Shown: positions 28,333 to 36,509, counted from the stretch's first letter. The stretch: 43,448 nt of DNA from a virus (IMGVR_UViG_3300048578_000454:1-43448); one strand, 5' to 3'. The notes: generated by a model not told the origin, from the sequence alone. Numbers and translations are program-made.

Positions 28333-28864
28333 CGCATTGCTCCGGTTGGTGGGGGGATCGGCGGGCGAGTCGGCCCATGGCTTCCTGGGCGACCGGTGGA
28401 TCAACGGCCAATTTCGGGACAAATCCTCCGGTAGAGGGCGGCCTTAAAAAAGTTTCCAGATCTTGCTGCGCGGCAACCAGGGGATCAACGGCGACAGCAG
28501 CAACACCACGCTCCGCCACAACCCCACCGTCAACCCGGTGCGACCACAACTCCCGCAACTCCTCAATCAACCCTTCCAGCAGCAGGGTGTAATTGATGTT
28601 GTCGCCCAACTTTTCCTGCACCATCTCCGGGCTTGGCACAGTTCCGGCGTCCAAGTCGTCGATGATGTCCTTGATCGACACGATGTGCTTTTTCCACATC
28701 CCCCAGAGCGATCTTGCCGGGGTGGTACCGTCCATGGCGGCGGCTGATTTAAAATTATGCAGCCGGTCGTTGTGTTTGCTGTACTCCGCGCCTTTTACTG
28801 CCAGCACGTGGTGACATGCGGCAAGGCGATGTTCGACTATTTTGGCGAATTGGGTTGGGTGCAT
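28325..28864 (-). CDS. Alpha-helical phage protein, nucleotide-modification-associated/MazG-like
   Basis: KGAEY...DRLHNF...KH...EKLGDNINYTLLL pattern; GAGG SD. Confidence 0.6.
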   Translation of the reverse strand: MHPTQFAKIVEHRLAACHHVLAVKGAEYSKHNDRLHNFKSAAAMDGTTPARSLWGMWKKHIVSIKDIIDDLDAGTVPSPEMVQEKLGDNINYTLLLEGLIEELRELWSHRVDGGVVAERGVAAVAVDPLVAAQQDLETFLRPPSTGGFVPKLAVDPPVAQEAMGRLARRSPHQPEQCDD

Positions 28865-28896
28865 TTTTACCTCTGTTTTTTCATGAGTTTGTCACA

Positions 28897-28911
28897 ACAA
28901 GACTGTTAAGC
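28897..28911 (+). other. Cassette left junction (attI/attG-like), copy 1
   Basis: ACAAGACTG^TTAAGC; the first 12 bp are identical to 33930-33941. Confidence 0.55.
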
Positions 28912-29196
28912 TTTGCCGTAACTTGGTTTTTCTGCCGGTCCTTTTTTACCTTCTGCGACAAGACCATATTCAAAGTTTGGCCGTTCCATTACAGGTTGGT
29001 CGCTTGTAAGCTCCAGCCTGGCTATGTCAAACCAGATAGGATCTTTAAGGCTTCCTTTTTCATCCGTTCCGGGATGAACAATCGCCTGCACGCAACCGTA
29101 CAGGTCGAAACTAACACTTGTAACGACTCCGGTTAAGCCGGTTACCTTGTCCCTACACGGAAGCCCAAGCGAATTAAGGTGTTTACTTATTTGCAT
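28906..29196 (-). CDS. Conserved phage hypothetical protein (cassette 1 ORF)
   Basis: LG...RDKVTGLTGVVT...LYGC...WFD..RL pattern; AGGAG SD; stop codon inside the GTTA core. Confidence 0.8.
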   Translation of the reverse strand: MQISKHLNSLGLPCRDKVTGLTGVVTSVSFDLYGCVQAIVHPGTDEKGSLKDPIWFDIARLELTSDQPVMERPNFEYGLVAEGKKGPAEKPSYGKA

Positions 29197-29209
29197 AACG
29201 TCTCCTACA

Positions 29210-29303
29210 GCCTAACCAGGCAAGTACAGCCGACCCATGGAAGTCGGCGTTGTTTAAAATCTGCAAGTTCAGCGGCCAGGTGCAGCTGATTGCTCCGTTA
29301 TTC
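29210..29303 (+). other. attC-like recombination site (94 bp)
   Basis: R'' GCCTAAC, L'' AGTACAGC, L' GCTGATT, R' GTTATTC; imperfect arms. Confidence 0.65.
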
Positions 29304-29540
29304 ATCACCGCTAGCTGCTGTCTGGGAGATCCACGCCGTATCCGCATCCATCAGCTTTTCCTCGCAGGCGGCGCATAGGCTGCCGTCCATATCGGCGGAG
29401 ATGTCCGGGCAAAACCTTTCGCCGCAACCAGGACATATCTGCGCATTCACTACAGCAGTTGGTTTCGCTCGATCAATAAATCGGTCGCAAAGCGGCACCC
29501 GCAAGAAGATTAAATTTTTATAGTTCGGTGTTTCTGTCAT
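29298..29540 (-). CDS. Small Zn-finger protein
   Basis: CPGC...CAAC; coupled. Confidence 0.6.
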   Translation of the reverse strand: MTETPNYKNLIFLRVPLCDRFIDRAKPTAVVNAQICPGCGERFCPDISADMDGSLCAACEEKLMDADTAWISQTAASGDE

Positions 29541-29848
29541 CCTTTTGCCTCCCGTGCATTGATGCGCACATCAGCCTCATCCATATACGATTGCAACCGC
29601 TCGTTGACCATTTCCTCGGCCTCTAGTTCGCAGGTCGCCAAAACTTGCACCGTCTCAGTAAAACTGATGTCCACATCGACGCTGAAAAGGCGCTCTTCGC
29701 CGCGCTCCCTTTTGGCGTTCTGCTCTTCAATCTTGCGGATCGCCTCAATCTGCTCCCGATCACCAAACACCAACCGGCGACGTAGAGGAGCGGGAAGATG
29801 CTCTTTGCGCGGCATGGCCACGGCAGGATAATCTGCAAGCGCGCTCAT
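29537..29848 (-). CDS. Hypothetical protein
   Basis: 103 aa; ATGA overlaps on both sides. Confidence 0.7.
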   Translation of the reverse strand: MSALADYPAVAMPRKEHLPAPLRRRLVFGDREQIEAIRKIEEQNAKRERGEERLFSVDVDISFTETVQVLATCELEAEEMVNERLQSYMDEADVRINAREAKG

Positions 29849-31179
29849 CGCGCCGCCTCCCGGATCACCTCAATACGGTCAGGGTCCAGGCCTTGGATTT
29901 CGCCCCGCCACGCATCCAGGGCGAGGTCGAGCAGGTGGCCGTCGATGCTGGGGCGAGTATCAGGACTGGCGACCAGCTCGGAAAACGATTCCTTCCTGGA
30001 ATAGATCACGCTGCTTATCGCGCTGGGCAGCTCGGCGTTGGACAGGCCGTCCGCATCCACCAGCTCCCGCAGTTGGGTGAAAATTTGCTCGTTAACCAGA
30101 TTTACCCGCTCCAACTCGGAAACCCGATCCGCCAAAACATTGATCCGTTCAACTCGCGAATCCGTTAACTTTTGCGTTTTCTCAAACGCCGAGGCAAGGG
30201 AGTTGACAACCACCGGGATCTCAAAGGGGTTGATGGATCCAACCACGGCGACCAGGGCCTCAAGGATGGCCTCGGCTTGGGCGACCGCCAGAACTACTTG
30301 GTCAAAATCTTTGCCTTCGGTTCCGGTATGCCGCCTGATGGCGTCGAGCGCGTCTGAGGTGCGGCACTCCACGCAGCAGCCGATATATCCACCAGGGACT
30401 GATTGCGGGTTGCGCTGCAAATCCTCAAGCTGAGCGGCTTGCTGGATGATTGCCAGCTCAAATTCTTGCACCCCCTGCACCTCATCAAACCCAACCGCCT
30501 TGATCACATCAGGCGGGAAACAGGCCATCCAGTCGGCTCTTGCCGTGGCCTTCTCCACGCAAGCCATAACCGCCCCAACCAACCCATCCGGCGACTCGCC
30601 CACATACCCCACCGCCGCCGCAATCGCGTCCAGGGTGGCGCTTTCGCCTTTCACGGTCACCGTCTCGCCGGCTAGCTGCTGCACATACCAGCCCAGCATG
30701 TCGGTGCGGCGGATGGCCGCCGCGACTGTCTCTTTGTGGTTTTTTACGTGCGAGTGGGCGGCAGCGCAGGTGGAGCACATTTTGACGCCGTAGTTATTCG
30801 CCACCTGCAGCGTTTGGCCGCACCCGCCCTCGCACAATGCCCTTACTTTTTTTGTTGCCATATCGTCCCCGTTGGTTGTTGTTTTTGGTTGTTGTTTTTT
30901 TACCCGCTCCACCCGCTGCAGCTGGGCAATGGACACCAGCTGCAGCTCTTTGGGGCGTTGCTTTCCCTGGCACACCTGACACCAGCCTTTTTTTTCCGCA
31001 GGGTGGCGGCGGTGGTTGTATTTCCAGACGCCGTCCTCCACCCGATGCCGCTCGCACAAAGCCAAGAATCCCGACTCGGTCATCTTGGTTGGCCGGCCGC
31101 AGGTGATCGGGCACTGCTTGAGCTCCACCAGTCGGTCGGCAACCTCGCTGGTTCCGATGTAGGCGTCTGGTCTGGCCAT
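29845..31179 (-). CDS. Hypothetical protein with Cys motifs and coiled coil
   Basis: Start ATG 31179; several CxxC pairs; C-terminal heptads. Confidence 0.7.
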   Translation of the reverse strand: MARPDAYIGTSEVADRLVELKQCPITCGRPTKMTESGFLALCERHRVEDGVWKYNHRRHPAEKKGWCQVCQGKQRPKELQLVSIAQLQRVERVKKQQPKTTTNGDDMATKKVRALCEGGCGQTLQVANNYGVKMCSTCAAAHSHVKNHKETVAAAIRRTDMLGWYVQQLAGETVTVKGESATLDAIAAAVGYVGESPDGLVGAVMACVEKATARADWMACFPPDVIKAVGFDEVQGVQEFELAIIQQAAQLEDLQRNPQSVPGGYIGCCVECRTSDALDAIRRHTGTEGKDFDQVVLAVAQAEAILEALVAVVGSINPFEIPVVVNSLASAFEKTQKLTDSRVERINVLADRVSELERVNLVNEQIFTQLRELVDADGLSNAELPSAISSVIYSRKESFSELVASPDTRPSIDGHLLDLALDAWRGEIQGLDPDRIEVIREAAR

Positions 31180-31180
31180 G

Positions 31181-31570
31181 TTATTGCATCTCCACCGAAC
31201 GTTTTTCCCACAGCTGTTCAATCAGATCGCAAACCTTTACCCTTGCCATTGGGGTCAGTTTGGCTATTTTTGCCCAAGATATTTCCCCGCCCGACTCATA
31301 AACATGGTCTGACAGTTGCGACCAAACACATCCAGAAATGTACCCGCAAAACAGGTGCTCAGTTACGCTGTGGCAATCCATGCAGGTTCGGAGCACAAAC
31401 CAATCCCCGTCTGACTTTCCAGAAACACATGCGTACTTTTCTCCAACCGAGATAACCTCGCCACACTCTTCGCATTTCCACCTTTTCTTGGCAGACGGGA
31501 AAGTTTCTGATGGCCCGAAATCCCAACCAACACTGTCGTAATCACTTCCGATGCACGCGCATTCCATCAC
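31181..31570 (-). CDS. Zn-ribbon phage protein
   Basis: AKKRWKCEECGEVISVGEKY...RTCMDC pattern. Confidence 0.75.
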   Translation of the reverse strand: MMECACIGSDYDSVGWDFGPSETFPSAKKRWKCEECGEVISVGEKYACVSGKSDGDWFVLRTCMDCHSVTEHLFCGYISGCVWSQLSDHVYESGGEISWAKIAKLTPMARVKVCDLIEQLWEKRSVEMQ

Positions 31571-31806
31571 GCACCCCCAGCCGGCAAAGCCAACCGCACC
31601 GGATACCCGGCAAGCGCGTCCATCCTCGCCAGCAGCTCCATGTTGGCCCGGTAGGCCCGCTTGCGGTCGGCAACCAGGCGGTTGGCCCGGTCGATAGTCT
31701 CCACATACCGCTTGGTGGCCAGGGCTTCGGCCGCTTCCGCGCTGGCCAGCTTGCGTTCCAACACCCGGATCTTGATGATCGGGTCGATCTCAATCATTGC
31801 GCTCAT
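31567..31806 (-). CDS. Small coiled-coil protein
   Basis: 79 aa from ATG 31806 with GGAGG SD. Confidence 0.65.
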   Translation of the reverse strand: MSAMIEIDPIIKIRVLERKLASAEAAEALATKRYVETIDRANRLVADRKRAYRANMELLARMDALAGYPVRLALPAGGA

Positions 31807-32428
31807 ACTGTTCCTCCGTTGTGGTGTTTTTTTCAAAAATAACCTCAAATTCCACGTCCCGCGCAAACACCGCCATATGCTCTTCAATGCCGGTGTGGAG
31901 CGCGTCAATCAGCTCCCGGCCACGATCCTGATTGCCCTCAACCAAGGCAATCCAGTCGGGTGCGGTCATTTGCACCATGGCCTTGAGATGGGCGAGCATG
32001 GCCACTGCCCGGCCAACAATCATCAACTCCACCTCATCGCGGGGCACATACTCGGCCCGGCGCACCGCCAGGTCGTGGCGATCTTTCTCCAGCCGCACCT
32101 TTTCCCGCTCCAACTCGGTGACCGCCTTTTCGTCGGCCATCCGCGACCTGGAATCGTTGACCTTCTCGCCGGTCTCGCGCATCCGGCAATGGATCTTGGC
32201 GTAGCGGTCGACCGCGGCCTGGGCATACTTGCCGGTGGCCCGGTCGCGCAGCAGCCGGCCCTCTTTGCAGTGCTCATAAAACTGGCTGCGGCCGATCTGC
32301 CAGCCGGAATCCTGAAGGTATTGCCAGGCATCCAGGCGGGTGTTGAAGAGTTCGTCGGCCTCAATATTCTCCACATCACCGGGTTGACCTTCGGCATCAC
32401 CCAGCATGGGCAGCATATTGTCCGTCAT
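31790..32428 (-). CDS. terS: Terminase small subunit, Nu1-like
   Basis: N-terminal wHTH-like segment, then coil EKVRLEKDRHDLAVRRAEYVPRDEVE matching the Nu1 pattern. Confidence 0.7.
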   Translation of the reverse strand: MTDNMLPMLGDAEGQPGDVENIEADELFNTRLDAWQYLQDSGWQIGRSQFYEHCKEGRLLRDRATGKYAQAAVDRYAKIHCRMRETGEKVNDSRSRMADEKAVTELEREKVRLEKDRHDLAVRRAEYVPRDEVELMIVGRAVAMLAHLKAMVQMTAPDWIALVEGNQDRGRELIDALHTGIEEHMAVFARDVEFEVIFEKNTTTEEQYERND

Positions 32429-32766
32429 TGGGGCAAACTCCTTGCGGCGGATCGCTGCAGCGTGTCTTCGATGTCGGTTGCCAGCTCGGACACCAGGTCG
32501 GCCAACTCATCAACCACCGGGTAGAGGCCGGATACAATGGCGGGGTTAGTGAGCGGCGCGTGGGTTTCGTGGCACTCCGGGCACTGGCCGTTGTCGTCGA
32601 TTTGTTGGATAACGGACAGCACCTGACTGACGGCGTAAATGCCCTGGCCCAGGCGCTGCAACCTACCGGCGCGCAACATCAGGGCGCGGTGCTCGTATGA
32701 GCTGAGGCCGATGGTGTAGAGCGAGCCGTCGTAGGGCTGAGCGGCCTGCTGTTGCGTGGCGCTCAT
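32425..32766 (-). CDS. Hypothetical protein
   Basis: 113 aa; CPEC; coupled to the BRO gene and terS. Confidence 0.7.
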   Translation of the reverse strand: MSATQQQAAQPYDGSLYTIGLSSYEHRALMLRAGRLQRLGQGIYAVSQVLSVIQQIDDNGQCPECHETHAPLTNPAIVSGLYPVVDELADLVSELATDIEDTLQRSAARSLPQ

Positions 32767-33554
32767 TGCTCCACCTCCGCCGCCAGGATGCAGCCGTAGA
32801 TGGTGGCCCGGCCGCAGGGTTTGCGGCGCGGAAAATTGTGGTCGTCCAGCCAGGAGGCCATGGCCTTGAGGCTGGGCACATAGTTAACGTCAAAGCCTTG
32901 ATCTCCATACCAGCGCAGGAACCGGCCATAGACCTCTTTGAACAGCACCGACTCGCCGGGAGCAGCCACCAGATGGGCGGCTGCAAAGCGGTCGATCACC
33001 GCCCTGATGTCGGCCCGGTCGCGATAGGCGGCGGAACCGGATGCGATGTCGGCGGCCAAGTCGGTCACCACCACCCCGGTCAACCGCTCGAGCAGCTCCA
33101 GGGCTTGTGGCTTGGGATTGGTGATGATTTTGGTGAGGTCGAGGGTGTAGCGGATATCGAGGCCGCCGGGCGACGCCGGTCCGCGATGGTGGAAGATGTC
33201 GGCCCGCTTGCCGGCGGCTCCGGGTAGGGCGTAGGAACCAGTTTTGCGGATGGCGGGCAGCACCACCGAGGTGACCCATTTGCGGAAAGGTTTAGCCTGC
33301 GGTTTGTTGGAGCGGATGATCAGGGTGTAGAGGCCGGATTCGGAGATGATGATCATCTGCTGATCGCCGCCAGGGGTATTAACTTTTCTAACCCCCTTTT
33401 CGTCGTCGTCGAGACCAGCGACGGCATGAGTGATATTCTCAAGTCCCAAAATTTGGCAAACATCCCTCGCAATAAACCAGGGATCACCGTTGATATTCAG
33501 GGTGCGGACTTCGTTGGATTCAAAACGGAAAGGGATTACTGCGGATGGATTCAT
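32763..33554 (-). CDS. BRO-N antirepressor-like protein with C-terminal D5-type winged helix
   Basis: PWFIARDVCQILG, ISESGLYTLI and FRKWVTSVVLPAIRKTGSY motifs. Confidence 0.9.
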   Translation of the reverse strand: MNPSAVIPFRFESNEVRTLNINGDPWFIARDVCQILGLENITHAVAGLDDDEKGVRKVNTPGGDQQMIIISESGLYTLIIRSNKPQAKPFRKWVTSVVLPAIRKTGSYALPGAAGKRADIFHHRGPASPGGLDIRYTLDLTKIITNPKPQALELLERLTGVVVTDLAADIASGSAAYRDRADIRAVIDRFAAAHLVAAPGESVLFKEVYGRFLRWYGDQGFDVNYVPSLKAMASWLDDHNFPRRKPCGRATIYGCILAAEVEQ

Positions 33555-33609
33555 AGCTGGGCTCCTTTGGCTTGGATGAAACCACCATTTGCGCTGTCAA
33601 ACGCAAAAA

Positions 33610-33683
33610 GGGCGGCAATGTGCGGGTTGACAGACCGGGCCAAAGGAACCGGCGGGCACGAGGCCCCCCGCACACCACCACCC
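33610..33683 (-). ncRNA. C4-type antisense RNA
   Basis: Closing stem 33683-33667/33626-33610; single-stranded CCUUUGGC and CUGUCAA match targets both upstream and downstream. Confidence 0.8.
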
Positions 33684-33805
33684 AAGCAAGGAGCAATGCT
33701 GTGCAACGGACGCAAAAAAACCGCCGAACCGATAAGTTGAGGCGGTGCGTCCGCCTTTGGCAACGGGCTGTCAAACCCGGTCACGGATGTTGCCGTGACA
33801 GACGC

Positions 33806-33834
33806 ACTATACCCAACCAAGGGCATGGTTTCAA
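33806..33834 (-). promoter_or_regulatory. Sigma70-type promoter for the c4/BRO operon
   Basis: TTGAAA-17 bp-TATAGT. Confidence 0.75.
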
Positions 33835-33929
33835 GCGGTTTTTGCATGGTTATTTTCATTGTTTGCAGTAATTTTTTTTGGTATCGCGGCCTCATTGGCT
33901 CCGCCTTCGCTGGCCTCAAGAAAACCCTG

Positions 33930-33944
33930 ACAAGACTGTTATGC
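33930..33944 (+). other. Cassette left junction (attI/attG-like), copy 2
   Basis: ACAAGACTG^TTATGC; GTTATGC is the exact reverse complement of the R'' at 34850-34856. Confidence 0.6.
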
Positions 33945-34853
33945 TGCAAAGAATCTTCCGCTCGATGGCATGTTTTCCATCATTGCAATTGGTGGCCGAA
34001 CAGTGAATTTTGTCCCTCTTATCTCGACCTCCTGCTGCCCACGGAGAAACTGCGACACATCGACATCGGTGCCATTTTTCATCCGACGTTTATGAGCGGC
34101 CACAAGGTGAAGAATAGGGCGCTTCCGACCTGTTTCTGTAACCGGTAAATCGCGAGCATACAAAAGTGATTTTATTTCCTCTTGCATGCACCCTAGATGT
34201 GCTTTTACTAGCCCGTCGGTTGCAGATATTACCCACGAAAACCTCCTGTCTGCGGCGAACTGCATGGCGTAGGACGCCCCGGAGGTGGTCTCGTCAAGGA
34301 TGGATCGGTCTGTTTGCAATGTTTCTTGCTTAACTCCAGGCTTATAGCCACGGACGTTCTGCATCTGCTGGACGCACGCAACGACGTTTCCGTTATTGCC
34401 AACCGTAAAGAAGCGCCGTTCTCCATCAACGCGGCCATCATTACCCATAACCATGAGCCACATGGCGTAGATTTGCCCGCTCGATCGTCGGTTCCAATAT
34501 TTACCTACCGCTCTGGCTTGTTCGAATAGGCATGTGTAAAAATACCCTTCGTACTCTGGATGGACAGACTTAACTCTCTGCGCAATGGGAAAGCTCAAGC
34601 ATCCACGGGTAGGAAACTGGTCGCTTTTAGCGTCAAAATAACCAATCTTTTCCCCAGAGGAGACAACCAGCCTAGATCCGCTTGGAATATAAGGCCCAAG
34701 CCTGCGGAATTTTAGCAATATATCGTCTGACAAGCGGTCAGACGGAGGAACACTTTTATTCTTTTTCACCCGAGATTCGTAGCAGGCAATAATTGCGGCG
34801 GCGACATTATATTCAAAGTCTACGTTGCTCCAGCAATCTATCGGTTTAGGCAT
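33939..34853 (-). CDS. Hypothetical protein (cassette 2 ORF)
   Basis: 304 aa; ATG inside the attC R'' box and stop inside the left core site; AT-richer than flanks. Confidence 0.8.
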   Translation of the reverse strand: MPKPIDCWSNVDFEYNVAAAIIACYESRVKKNKSVPPSDRLSDDILLKFRRLGPYIPSGSRLVVSSGEKIGYFDAKSDQFPTRGCLSFPIAQRVKSVHPEYEGYFYTCLFEQARAVGKYWNRRSSGQIYAMWLMVMGNDGRVDGERRFFTVGNNGNVVACVQQMQNVRGYKPGVKQETLQTDRSILDETTSGASYAMQFAADRRFSWVISATDGLVKAHLGCMQEEIKSLLYARDLPVTETGRKRPILHLVAAHKRRMKNGTDVDVSQFLRGQQEVEIRGTKFTVRPPIAMMENMPSSGRFFAA

Positions 34854-34933
34854 AACAAAGTCGCTCCAGCCGACCAAAAGAGGTCGGCGATAATGGTTAA
34901 ATTACGGTTGGCGGCTGAGCTCGGCCGTTAAGC
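34850..34933 (+). other. attC recombination site (84 bp)
   Basis: R'' GCATAAC; GCTC(C)AGCCG(A)CCAA pairs with TTGGCGGCTGAGC leaving two extrahelical bases; R' GTTAAGC. Confidence 0.8.
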
Positions 34934-34984
34934 GTCAAATTTATGTGGCATCCTGCTACAAATAAACCTTGCTGCATCCGGTTT

Positions 34985-36478
34985 TCACGCCGCAACCTCT
35001 CCCCGCCTAATATACGCCCCGGCAAACACCTCTTTGGCGTCCACCGCGCTGCGCACCGCCTCGGCGTGGGCGTCGGCGTCGAGGCCCACGCAGGCCGCCT
35101 GCAGCCGCTGCAGCTCGTTGGCGGAGAACACAATCAACCCCTCAGCAGACAGTTGGTCCCACAGCGCTTTATCATCGACAATATGGATTTCCCGGCCGTC
35201 GGTGAGGGTGATGATGCGGTGGTTTGCGGCGGATTCCTGGGCTTGTTCCGGGGCGGTTGGGGCAACTGCCGAGGAATCCTTGTCAGTTGGGGCGGCCGGT
35301 GGTTCCGAGGTCTCTCCCTGCGGTCGAGATGGCAGGGCAGGGGATAGCGGCGGCACATCATCACCAGCATTGACCGCCGCATTTGCTTCCGCCTTAAGAT
35401 GAAAGCGAGGCGGCAATCCAGCCAGCACCCAGGCGCGGAGGTCGACCCCGGCCTGGTAGGCGTCGCCGGGATCTTTGCCGCCAATCACCGGCACCCGGTC
35501 TGCATGGCGATACTGCTTCAGCCACCAGAGGGACCCTTGGGCTCCGGGGCACTCCGTCTTTCCCGTGGTCGGATTGCGGCGCGGCGTATCGCTGTCCAGA
35601 CTGATCGACAGATGGACCGCCGCCGAGAGCAAACCGTCGAGATCCTCAGTCGGTTTTGCGCTGGCGTTTCCCATTGCCACCACCCCGACCAAATCACCCA
35701 CCTGGCCATCCAGCACCACGACATCAAGCTCCGATTCAACCACCACATAGGCCAACGCCTCCCGGTTGGAAATTAACGGCTCCCGTCCCGATCCAGGAAC
35801 CACGTAGTACTTCAGCTCACCCTCAGCCACCAACGGCCGGCGGATGCGCAGCCGTGCAACCTGATTGCCGATCCATTGCGGAATCACCAAACCACAGGGC
35901 AACCACAGCTTTTTCGGCTTTTTGTCGATGCGGAGGATGGTCTCCAGGCCCCAGGACTCGCGCGGCCGCCAGGTGTCGTTGGGGTTCCAACCCAGGCCGT
36001 ACTTGGCAATCATTGCCGGAGTGATGCCGCGCTTTGCCAGCCAGGCGAGTTGTTCCGGGTTGGCAAGCAACTGAGCATGGCACCATTCGGCGAATTTGGC
36101 GGCATGCTCGGCCCACAGTTGCGGAACCGGCTCGGTGCGCACTGGTTGCCACCCCTTAGCGTTGGTTGCTGACTGCGTCCCGTTTTTGCGCGTTGAGGGC
36201 GCGCTTTGCGGGGCGTAGGTTTGGGCGTCGATCCCGGCGCTGGCGCAGGCGTCGCGATAACTGAGGTGGTTTGCCCAGCGGTAGTACTCAATCAGGTCGC
36301 CGCCTTTGCCGCATTGCCGACACCAGAAGGTTCCGCCCTGGCCCTGCTCCGGCCAGACATGGAAACGGTCGGACCCTTTGCCGCCGCCGCATACCGGGCA
36401 CGGACCGGCCCACTCAGGGCCCTTGCCGGACTGCGCGCCTACCCGCTTAAAATCCTGACCAGCAAGGAGCGTGAGCAT
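34985..36478 (-). CDS. Primase (Zn-binding domain plus Toprim)
   Basis: WAGPCPVCGG..DRF..WCRQC; VVESELD, LDSD and KDPGD motifs; GGAGG SD 8 nt before ATG 36478. Confidence 0.88.
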   Translation of the reverse strand: MLTLLAGQDFKRVGAQSGKGPEWAGPCPVCGGGKGSDRFHVWPEQGQGGTFWCRQCGKGGDLIEYYRWANHLSYRDACASAGIDAQTYAPQSAPSTRKNGTQSATNAKGWQPVRTEPVPQLWAEHAAKFAEWCHAQLLANPEQLAWLAKRGITPAMIAKYGLGWNPNDTWRPRESWGLETILRIDKKPKKLWLPCGLVIPQWIGNQVARLRIRRPLVAEGELKYYVVPGSGREPLISNREALAYVVVESELDVVVLDGQVGDLVGVVAMGNASAKPTEDLDGLLSAAVHLSISLDSDTPRRNPTTGKTECPGAQGSLWWLKQYRHADRVPVIGGKDPGDAYQAGVDLRAWVLAGLPPRFHLKAEANAAVNAGDDVPPLSPALPSRPQGETSEPPAAPTDKDSSAVAPTAPEQAQESAANHRIITLTDGREIHIVDDKALWDQLSAEGLIVFSANELQRLQAACVGLDADAHAEAVRSAVDAKEVFAGAYIRRGEVAA

Positions 36479-36509
36479 TAGATGAGCCTCCATGATTATT
36501 TTTTTCCGA

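Noticed and set aside
31180-31186. GTTATTG at a gene stop as a third cassette core
   Set aside because: No attC hairpin or ACAAGACT context; a TAAC at a stop codon is common by chance.
10071-32524. Long plus-strand ORFs (e.g. 10071-11075, 15881-16918, 20635-21666, 24735-25664, 31661-32524)
   Set aside because: They are antisense shadows of well-supported minus-strand genes in GC-rich DNA and have no recognisable motifs.
33551-33949. 132-aa Ash-like ORF as a real protein
   Set aside because: It spans a promoter and the c4 RNA, and its start lies across the cassette junction; the conservation is better explained by RNA structure.
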